A stretch of DNA of 64,000 bases from Trichosphaerium sp. ATCC 40318 (taxonomy: Eukaryota > Protista > Tubulinea): assembly GCA_038496445.1 (NCBI GenBank), contig JALMLS010000017.1:1-64000 (forward strand), written 5' to 3'. Made by a program: the position numbers and the translations under genes. Positions 54,108 through 64,000 of this stretch are shown piece after piece. A model generated the notes under the pieces. It had not been told where the DNA came from. It made no database searches and worked only from the letters and a program-made list of their open reading frames with translations. Positions within the stretch are counted from its first letter, which is position 1. The number at the start of each line of letters is the position of its first letter.

Positions 54108-54724
54108 TTACAATGTCGTAAAACGTACTATGATCTCGCCCATTCGCTTTGCTGCAGCTCGTACAGTCTCCTCATGTTTTACAATGCGATCGTACGCAGC
54201 AGCTTTTTTGTTACCAGCAAACGAATGGCAAACTATCAATGACACCTATCACAATTATAAAGACTGTCAATTTCTTGCAGTTAGAATAACCAACCTGATT
54301 ATCTGTTGGATACGAGCTCATGACAGAGTTCTTTCCTCTCAAATGCATCACACCGACACTATCTTCGCCCAGAGCCTTTGCTGGTCGTTTGTTAGTGCAT
54401 AGAATAATAATTAAATTGTAGATAGTACAAAATTGTAGAGCTGCAGCTTGTAGTTTTATAGCCATGGTGCCGAGCTCCTCGGATACTTTAAACTCATCGT
54501 CTTTCTTCTTTGTGAAGGTGTATGCGCTGTTTCATTGGTAAATTACAGTTGGTTTTATGTTTGTAAAATAGACAGCTGAAAACGTACACAACCTGATGCT
54601 CGTAGTCTACTAAGCCTGCTTTTAATGTTTCTGCACCAAAGCACGCAATCAACTGTTTGAATTGTGCGTCAATCTCTTTTTTTACCTTCTTCCTATGTTT
54701 GCCGGAAGCTTGTAGCTGGCCCAT
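54108..54724 (-). CDS. Small protein, possible Roadblock/LAMTOR-like fold
   Basis: Spliced: MGQLQ...QFKQLIACFGAETLKAGLVDYEHQVVAYTF...LQAAALQFSKALGEDSVGVMHLRGKNSVMSSYP. The helix-strand pattern suggests Roadblock; tentative. Confidence 0.45.
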
Positions 54725-54949
54725 TATTCCATTCGCTAATTATTGAATCAACTAAAATTGCCCTGCAGCAATACAGCTTGCAATGAACTCACCAGTAACT
54801 GAAAACCAATCAGTTAACGCCCGTCACCTCCTGAACACCAAATAATAAAAACAACAAAGCAGTAAAATAAAAAGGCAACACTTTTGCGAAGTTTTTTCAT
54901 AGCGAAACGACTATTGACTGACACCTTGCTTCGTTTAGACACTAGCATT

Positions 54950-57900
54950 ATGTTGGCAAGAGCAGCTACACTCTCGAGAGTAGCGACATACCGTCGTAGA
55001 GTTAACACTCAAAAGCGCACGTAAGACCACTCCTACAAGCTAGAGAGCTTAATAGTACATAGATACAACACCTCCAAGGTCACTTTGGGAAATGTGCCAT
55101 TCTCACGTCTAGACAAAGAGCATTTCGTTGATGATGTATACTCTAAGATGCAGACCAATATCGACGCTGTTAGAGAGCGCTTAGGAAGGCCTCTTTCACT
55201 TGCTGAAAAAATATTGTACGGCCATCTTGATCAACCAAAGACCCAAGATATAAACCGCGGAGAGTCATTCTTGCTTTTGCGCCCAGATAGAGTTGCCATG
55301 CAAGGTACGCCGTTTTCGTATGTTCATCAGCTTACCGTTACGCCGTAGACGCCACCGCCCAAATGGCAATGCTTCAATTTATATCCTCAGGAAAAAAGAA
55401 GGTCGCTGTACCATCGACTATTCACTGTGATCACTTAATTGAGGTGCGTATTATTCGCTCGCTATTACCCCTGACGCCATAAAGGGCTACAAAGGAGCAA
55501 AGAACGATCTCGCCAAAGCCAAAACAACAAATAAAGAGGTTTATGACTTTTTGAGCACAGCAGGTGCCAAATACGGTGCTGGGTACTGCTTACTTTCGCT
55601 ACAAATAATTATCTAATACGGGCTAATAATTTTTTTTCAAAAGCTTTTGGAAACCAGGATCAGGTATTATCCATCAAATCGTACTAGAAAACTATGCGTT
55701 CCCAGGCGCTTTGATTATTGGGTACACCATGAAATATTTTTTAAATGAGGCCTAAATGATCAATTTAGAACTGACTCTCATACACCAAATGCCGGTGGTC
55801 TCGCTACTTGTGCTGTAGGTGTTGGTGGTGCTGATGCTGTAGATGTCATGGCGGGCTTCGCTTGGGAATTGAAAGCACCTAAAATCATTGGTGTTTACTT
55901 AACTGGAAAGTTGTCTGGATGGACATCTCCAAAAGATATCATCCTTAAAGTTGCTGGTATCCTTACAGGTACGCACTGTTATTATGATCACTGTAATCCT
56001 CATTTGCGCGCATAGTCAAGGGAGGAACAGGCGCAATCGTTGAGTACCACGGACCTGGAGTTGATTCCATCTCTTGCACTGGTATGGCAACTATTTGCAA
56101 CATGGGCGCAGAAATCGGTGCTACCACATCTATTTTCCCATACAACACCAGCATGCAACGTTACTTGAAGGCTACAGAGCGTGATAGCATCGCTGATGCC
56201 GCTGATAAATTTACTGCCATCCATGGGTACTACCTTTCGCTGCGAGGAAAGTTTTTCCTAATTTTTTGAATAGACCAGATAAGGGCTTTAAATACGATCA
56301 ATTGATTGAAATCAACTTGGACGAACTCAAACCACATATCAATGGACCTTTCACACCTGATCGTGCTTTCCCACTTTCAGAATTTAACGAAGCTGTCAAA
56401 GAAAACGGATGGCCAGAAAACATCTCTGCTGGTCTTATCGGCAGGTATGTGCAATACTCTTCAAATGTTTGTTCTCTTTTCTTTTTTTTTTTCTAATGTT
56501 GACTAGTTGCACAAACTCTTCTTATGAAGATATGGCTCGTGTCACTTCTCTTGTAAAACAAGCTAGTGATGCAGGTCTCAAGGCAAAGGTTCCTTACACA
56601 GTAACCCCTGGTTCAGAGCAGGTAAATTTTATTTCAATTAAAAAAAAACCCAGTAATTTTTTGTTCCTTTTCGACTTTACCTTGTCTAACTATTTTCTAA
56701 AGATTCGTGCTACCATGCAACGTGATGGTATGGTTGACATCCTCGAGGGTGTTGGCGCTACTGTACTCGCAAACGCTTGCGGTCCTTGCATTGGGTAAAA
56801 TAGCGTTTTGAACACAACCATCTAACTTTTGTCAAAATAGACAATGGAAGCGTGATGACGTAAAAAAAGGAGAGAAAAACTCTATCGTAACTTCTTACAA
56901 CCGTAATTTTGCCGTACGTCATAGCACGTCTATTTTTAAATTTTTTTGACGCGAGTTTTTGTACAGAAACGTAATGATGGTAATCCTGGTACACATGCTT
57001 TTGTAACTTCCCCAGAAGTTACTACTGCTATGGTATTTAGCGGACAACTTGGTTTCAACCCTGAAACTGACAGCATCAACGGCTTCAAATTCTCAAGGTG
57101 AGAAATTTTATTTTTGACTGGTGTTGTAATTTTACTTACTCTTTATTAGTCCTTTCGGTGATGAATTACCTAAAGCTGGTTTTGACCCTGGTGAGGATAC
57201 ATACCAAGCACCACCAGCTTCTGGTGATGGTGTTGAGATCAAGGTTGATCCAAAATCTGACAGATTACAACTTTTGGAACCATTCAAAGCTTGGGATGGC
57301 GAAGACTTGAAAGAAATGACAATTTTGATCAAGGCTAAGGGCAAGTGCACTACTGATCACATCTCTGCCGCAGGACCATGGCTCAAGTATGTAGCAAACT
57401 ATCTCTGACAAACTGTGTATTTACCGTTTGTTTTCGCCTTTAGATACAGAGGACACTTGGACAACATCTCCAACAACTGTTACATTGGCGCCACTAACGC
57501 AGCTAACGACCAGGTTGGTAAGGTAACGAACGCTGTTACTGGCGAGACTGGTAATGTACCAGATACCGCACGTTTCTACAAAGCACAGTACGTTTTTAAA
57601 CGAGTTTGAGCAAACTATTTTTTTCTACCTCCAGATCCGACTTATTTTTTTACCAGGGGTATTAAATGGTGTATCATTGGTGATTCCAACCTCGGAGAAG
57701 GTTCTTCACGCGAACACGCTGCATTGTACGCACTTTTATTTCTTTTTTTCGAAATTTTCTTTACTTTGAAGACTAATCTTCTAAATAACAGGGAACCACG
57801 TTTCTTGGGCGGTTACGCTGTTATCGTCAAATCTTTTGCTAGAATTCACGAGACAAATCTTAAAAAGCAGGGTATGCTTCCATTGACATTCGCCAACGAG

Positions 57901-58134
57901 AGCGACTACGATAGAATCAATGCTACTGATAAGGTCTCCATCTTGGGATTGGACTCCTTTGCACCTGGTAAACCACTCACTGGTAGAGTACACACTGCAT
58001 CCGGTGAGACATACGACATTGTATTGAATCACAGTTTCAACGACGTAAGACACTCTTCAAAGGCTTTTTTCTGACATTTTTTTTAGAACCAAATTGGTTG
58101 GTTCAAGGCTGGTTCTGCTTTGAACGCATTTTAA
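54950..58134 (+). CDS. ACO2: Mitochondrial aconitate hydratase
   Basis: [89 protein letters not shown]; Arg-rich presequence. Confidence 0.97.
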
Positions 58135-58265
58135 TTATTGGTTTCTATTTCGCAGAGATAATTGTAGAGAAACGATATTCAATAAACAAACAAAACACCT
58201 CTTTTTTCAGCCCACAATTTATTTCTTTTTTTCTGCTACAAAGTAAGTGAGTTTTTTACCATGTA

Positions 58266-58430
58266 TTTACGTCTTTGTCCCCGGGAGATAAACCTTACAC
58301 GATGATCCTCCTCGAGAAGTGTTTGGCTTGCTAATACCCATTCGACATACTCTACAGGGCGTACTTCTTCGGAACGTGCGTCCTATTTTTTGGATGGTTG
58401 GCTTGGCCTACTTTGCCAAGCTTTACGGCC
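58266..58430 (+). ncRNA. U4atac: U4atac-like spliceosomal snRNA (minor spliceosome)
   Basis: Order of elements: 5' CGTCTTTGTC-ccc-GGGAG (complementary to the U6atac segment CUCCC..GACAAGGAUG); 5' stem-loop with kink-turn-like ATGA-TC..GA-GA; stem-I element TGCTAAT (58329-58335); strong hairpin 58356-58384 with UUCG loop; Sm site ATTTTTTGG (58385-58393); terminal hairpin GCTTGGC/GCCAAGC. Confidence 0.8.
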
Positions 58431-58686
58431 TTATTATAAAAAAAAAACTGCAACAAAGCGAGTCTGAAATCTCTTTGCGATAGCACTTATAATTTGTGGC
58501 TACACGCTTTGATTTATACCTCAGAAGCTTGTCGTTGTAGGTTAGCCTAGTTCTATGAGGTTTTAACCCTTGTACGAGAAGACAATAAAGTTGATAAAAA
58601 GCAAGTTGAATAATGTGCGAGTTTTCGGCAAAGCGCGCGTAAATTGCGCCATTTTTTATTCTACTACTCTTTAAACAACGCCCAAC

Positions 58687-59445
58687 ATGAACAAGGAAAA
58701 CATGCAACAAGTTATGAACCAGCAAATCCTAAAGGCTGGCATTGAACTCGAGAAACAACTCGATGCTCAATTAGATACTCTAAATAATCTCACAGCCGAT
58801 GATATGGATGCCCTACGCCAAAAGCGATTGCGCCAAATGAAACTACAATACAAACAAAAACAGGTATTGTTGTACCTTATATCGCGTTCCTGTACTAATC
58901 TATGGCTATAGAGCTGGTTGGCACAAGGCCATGGAGAATATTCTCGAGTTGATGACCAAAGAGCCTTTTTTGATGCTTGTAAAAAGAGCAGACGCGTCTT
59001 ATGTCACTTTAGTCGTAGTTCTACAGAGTATGTCGCTAATTTTTCACGTTTTTGCGCCAAAAAGTTTGTACTTACTCCAAATAGACGCTGTCGTATTGTA
59101 GACAAACACATGGCAATTCTCGCTGAGAAACACATTGAAGCAAGATTTATTTATATTGATGTTGAAAAAGCTCCATTCCTCGTTACAAAGTACGCACAAC
59201 ACTACCACGACTGAAATTAACTTTATTGTAAGACTAAAAGTGTGGATGCTGCCTTCAGTCATTTTCTTTAAAGATGCCATCCTTGAAGACCGTATGGAGG
59301 GTTTTGATAAGGTAACCTCACACCACTTGACATGTTTAACATTTTTTGTTAACCTCTTTGTTAGTTTGGCGGTATTGACGAATTTACCACTGAAGATATG
59401 GAGAATTACTTGGTGGGTTCTGGTGCTTTGATTAATAGAAAGTAA
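58687..59445 (+). CDS. TXNDC9: Phosducin-like protein 3 / TXNDC9
   Basis: LRQKRLRQMK..WLAQGHGEYS..FFDACKKSRRVLCHF...RCRIVDKHMAILAEKHIEARFIYIDVEKAPFLV..LKVWMLP..GFDKFGGIDEFTT. The 3' end may extend through one more intron to about 59572. Confidence 0.9.
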
Positions 59446-59711
59446 GGGACGTGGTTGGTTGTCTGAGAAAAGAACAACCAAAAACGCTATAAAAACATAA
59501 AAAAAACCAAAAAGAAATTTATGTGGAACATTAAAACCGTTGCACTCGTGTACTTATAGATACGATAAATAAACTCGCTAAAAAGTAGTGCGTTGTATGG
59601 CACTGCGCGTAAGCGTTAAAATTATTATGCGTTCAATGTAATTTTTCGATTTGTGGCTTTTTAAGACAATTGACTTGTTTTGTGGTTAACTTGGCCCAGT
59701 ATTAGCACCAT

Positions 59712-61097
59712 ATGAGCCAAATTCATGCGTATGCGAATACCAGTGAACCATGGAGCGATGGTAAGGTTACGGCGTTACATAGTATTGTAATACTGTCTGG
59801 AAGCTTTTCAGTACGTATTACGCTGTAATTAAATTATGTACTGACATATTCAACGGGTTATTGGCACTTCGCTCATATTTTGCTCCTACGCCTTTTTTCC
59901 AGAGCTAAGAACGAATGTTAGAAAGTTATTAGTATACCTGTCCCTTTGCGATTTTATAACAGCTCTTGGAAACGCAATAGGAGTTGTTTTACGCATGGTA
60001 GGCCAAGACAGTACGCTGCAAAATTTTTTTGCTAACGATTAACATTCAAAGTTGCTTTATTTGTCCGAGAACTCTTCTAACGCGCAACCATAGTCACTAA
60101 AGAGGGATGCATAGTCCAGAGCTTCTTTACAACTTATTCATCTATGGGCTCCTTTATGTGGACTATAGCAATAGCAGTATATCTCTACTTGGCGGTATCG
60201 CGTTTAAGAAGGTACTAGAGAGCTCAAAAGCCTTTATCTCTGAGCTTCAGCGAATTCCATTTGGAATTGAAAAAAAAAGTATTTACCTATTTTTTAGCGC
60301 TACAAAGGTGTCTATTCGCCTATTCCATGTAGTCTGTTGGGGTGTTCCCTTACTGATCATGGTCGCTGCTGTTTGCTTCGGTGCTCTTGGCTCAAGTAGA
60401 TACAGTGGTACTGCTTATCATAACATTTAAAGTTGTACTTCGGTTTTAACACGTGATAGGTACTGTTGGCTGGTGTTGGATTGTAGATAAGCCTAGATAT
60501 GGTACAATAGATAATATTATAATACAAGTGCTAATAAATCGTAGGTACTTTAGTCATGTGGCAAGTAATAGCTGGGAAAGGCATTGAAATGTACCAGACT
60601 CTAGTTTTCTAATATCTAATGACACTTATCAGATCCTCGTATATTTTGACACCTGTTCTATACTTTCTTACAAAGAGAAGACTTCCAAAGCGCAGTACCA
60701 GTCCTAGCGAGTTGCATACTATCAAAGCGAGAGCAAGTAACATCGCAGTTGGAGCAGATCGTAAAATGATTTTGGTTCCACTTGTTTTTGTTTTGGTACT
60801 TTTGGTACTACTTTTGCTTGCTGACACACTTTGCCTTAAAGCTGCGTATGTGGGGTACACTACGATGGGTACTTGAAACGGTGGCGCCACATGTACATGT
60901 AGATAAGTGGTACTGGCTGGCTGTGTTCCAAGGATTTGGCGATAGTGGTCAAGGTGCATTAGTTTTGCCAAAGTCTTAGCTAAATAACATTCTCAGGTTG
61001 GGCAAATGCTTTATTGTTCGTTATATTCACAGCAAAAGTAAGAAATAAAATGTTCACGTGCGGGAAGGTTAGGCCTGCGTACGGTGAGATACAATAG
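59712..61097 (+). CDS. GPR157/cAMP-receptor-like 7TM GPCR
   Basis: PELRTNVRKLLVYLSLCDF, CIVQSFFTTYSSMGSFMWTIAIAVYLY, FHVVCWGVPL, VGWCWI, AGKGIE, ADRKMILVPLVFVLLRMWGTLR, QGFGDSGQGWANALLF. Confidence 0.88.
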
Positions 61098-61233
61098 TGT
61101 AGTCATAATAAAAAAAAATGTACAGTAACAATTTCAACAATGTCAAAAAAAAATTTTACTTGTAAGTTAGAATTAAATGAGTTAAGTTGTGCTTCAGCAG
61201 CTATCACAGTACAGTGATGGTAGAAACTCGCTA

Positions 61234-63529
61234 ATGTTGACTTGTAAACTATTGCTGGCGCGTGGTTGTACTGTAAATGGCCATAAAGAAGATAAACGGC
61301 ATAAATCGAGTCCATCGCGATGCGTGCGCATGTGTAGTACTACAGCGACGCATACAAGCGAAAACATAAAAAAGTTGACACAAGAAGAGGCAAAACTTAT
61401 ATCACAGCCTTTACTACAGGTAATCAAGCGTAAACAATAACTCTTTTAACTTTTCAGGCGTTAGAACAGGTTAAAAACAAACAAATTGCGCCAAATCAAC
61501 TCACCAAGCTTTGCTTGATGCGTGTCGCTCAAACTAAGCAAATGGGGCATTATACAAGCAGCATCAAGGAAGAAGGCGGCAATTTGGCATCTGACACTTC
61601 AGAAGGTTCTATAATTGATGACAAAATCGGTCTAACGTGTAATAGACACTAACAACGGGCTTTCAAACATTCCAATAGCAATCAAAGACAATTTTTGTAC
61701 AAAAGATGTAGCGACAACATGTGCTTCCAAAATGTTGGCAGGTAAGCGAAATACAACGCTCATAAGCTACTCACAAATATCAGAATTTGTTCCTGCCTAT
61801 GATGCAACTGTATGCAATAGAATAAAAGAGCAAGGTGGCGTGGTACGACAGCATTAAACCCTTTAGCAAGATTGACTGCTATAAGATCATTGGTAAAGCC
61901 AATATGGACGAGTTTGGAATGGGGAGTGCCAATATTTACTCGGTACATGGACCAGCTGTCAACCCGTGGTCTGAGAGTTCTGGTAAGATTAAATCACTGT
62001 ATTTCCCTTTTAAGTTCTTGTAGATGCTCCACGTGTTACAGGAGGGAGTAGTGGAGGTAGTGCAGCGGCTGTAGCCTCATCTAGTTGCTTTGCGTACGTT
62101 GTCACTAAGTCCTTTCTCTCTTTGATTTTGACAATTCTACAGTGCTCTTGGAAGCGACACAGGTGGTTCTGTGCGTATGCCAGCAGCACACTGTGGAGTA
62201 GTTGGACTTAAACCATCTTATGGACGATTATCTCGGTAAGGGCTTAACACTAAGTTTGGTGTAATCATGATAATCTTTTAGTTATGGTCTAATTTCTTAT
62301 GCGTCGTCTATGGATACGCCTGGAATAATGACACGGTCAGTTGAGGATGCTGCTTATATGTTAGGTATGTTATCTTCAATGGTTTCATGTAACCCTTATT
62401 AATATTTATTCCAAACAAACAGACATTTTAAGCGGACATGATCCAAATGATCCTACATCAATTAATGTACCCAAAACGGAGTACTCCCAGAGTTTAACAC
62501 AAGATACACAAATAGACTTGAAAGGCGTTACCGTGGGTATACCTATTGTGCGTACATTTTACAAGTAAGAGAATGCTAATATAGTCAAGGAATATAATAT
62601 TGAAGAGCTTGATGACGAGATAAAACAGGCATGGGAAGGAGCTATTGAGAAATTACGTCAACGTGGAGCAAGTATTGTAGAAATATCTTTACCACATACA
62701 AAAGATGCATTATCAGCATACTATATCTTGGCACCAGCTGAAGCAGCATCAAACCTATCAAAATATGATGGCGTTCATTTTGGTACAAACTAATCTTGCT
62801 TTTTTCTTGTTTTGTTTATTCTTGGTAATACAGGTCATCGTGAAGAAGGCAAGACTTATGAAGAAATTGTACGCAACACGCGAACAGAAGGATTTGGATC
62901 TGAAGTAAAGAGACGTATCATTGTGGGTAACTACGTACTCTCCCGGAAGTACGCTGTCACGTGTTCAAAAAAAAGCAAGTTTGTTGACCTTTGGAATTTT
63001 ATAGGTTGTATGACTCTTATTACAAACAAGCACAAAAAATAAGACGCCTTGTACAAAACGACTATACGCAGGCATGGGAAAATGGTGTCGATGTCATTCT
63101 AGGACCTACAACTCCTACAACTGCTCCATTGCTAAAAGATGTCACAACAGTACGTTTTACAGTAACCAAATTAATGAGCATAACTAACTTGGGTGATAAG
63201 GCTAGTGAAGCTAATCCAGCCTCAATGTACGAAATGGATATTTTTACTGTTCCAGCAAATATGGTAAGCAAGCAATTACATAGCTCCGAGTTGTTTAATG
63301 CTTTATGTAGGCAGGTATACCTGGTATATCTGTACCAGTAGGATTGAGCGCTAATGGATTACCAATCGGATTGCAATTACAAACAGAAATGCTTGGTGCG
63401 TACAAAAGAATCTTATCATGGTTAGCTGACATTTCTGACTTATTAGGTGAGGACAAGTTATTCAATCCTGCACGTGTTATAATGGAAGATTGGAATCAAG
63501 ACCACTATACGCGGCTTGCACAATTATAA
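61234..63529 (+). CDS. QRSL1: Mitochondrial Glu-tRNA(Gln) amidotransferase subunit A
   Basis: [91 protein letters not shown]. Confidence 0.93.
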
Positions 63530-64000
63530 TAAAAACAGGAACATTTGAAAAGTCCATCCTTTTAAGTGTCTGGGAAATTTACTGAAAAAAAGCCGTTAAG
63601 TGTTGTTTTGGTCGTAGTTTTGACTTGATTGCCATCAAACACTTGTTATTATGGCATCTAACAAAGGTTCACGCCTAATTACTGCTTTCCAGCTCTAAAT
63701 CATCCTAGTTGACTTTCACTCAATGGTTGTACTCTACGGTGGTAGGGATAACGTTAATATAGTCAAATTAGCGCCTAGAGAGATATTTAACAATAAACAT
63801 GGACATTTTCATCACGACGACATTGTCAACTGTAATTTCGGGGACAGAGTATGTAAAAACGCTATTACCAAAGGATAACAGATTATAGTTAGAACCAAGA
63901 AAAGGAAAGGGTTGGCTGGTCATTTTGCCACTCTCGCCGCTTCTTTGGCGCCTTGGATGCAATCGGCGCACCGAAATATTATACACAGCGGATATTGGCA

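Noticed and set aside
63580-64000. Minus-strand ORF at the window end
   Set aside because: No recognisable product or convincing gene structure within the window.

Overview
This is not a prokaryotic window. It is AT-rich, very gene-dense nuclear DNA from an intron-rich microbial eukaryote; several gene families suggest an amoebozoan-like protist, which is inference. Most genes are split by short (about 35-70 nt) GT-AG introns (donor often GTACGT/GTATGT/GTAAGT), so the ORF track shows only exon fragments. I spliced the gene models by eye, and exon boundaries are approximate unless stated. About 33 protein-coding genes and one snRNA are supported. Recognisable housekeeping genes include DOP1/Dopey, UBA5, mitochondrial aconitase, GatA/QRSL1, a ZGRF1-like helicase, NCS-1/frequenin, TXNDC9, PDXDC1, a CtBP-like dehydrogenase, Nse1, Pol X and a GPR157-like GPCR. 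Best leads: (1) a major vault protein paralog that keeps repeats R1-R7 but has the rest of the vault protein (R8-R9, shoulder, cap helix) replaced by a C-terminal transmembrane tail anchor; (2) a PX-domain + proline-repeat + profilin fusion; (3) an intergenic U4atac-like snRNA implying a minor spliceosome; (4) an LRR-GNAT fusion, a RING-less Nse1, a BRCT-less Pol X with a mitochondrial-type presequence, and a divergent HSF-like factor; (5) intronless giant-virus-like F-box genes and intron-containing bacterial-type genes; (6) splicing oddities (5-nt microexon, four GC-AG introns, one intron with no AG acceptor). All family assignments come from recalled motifs; no searches were run.
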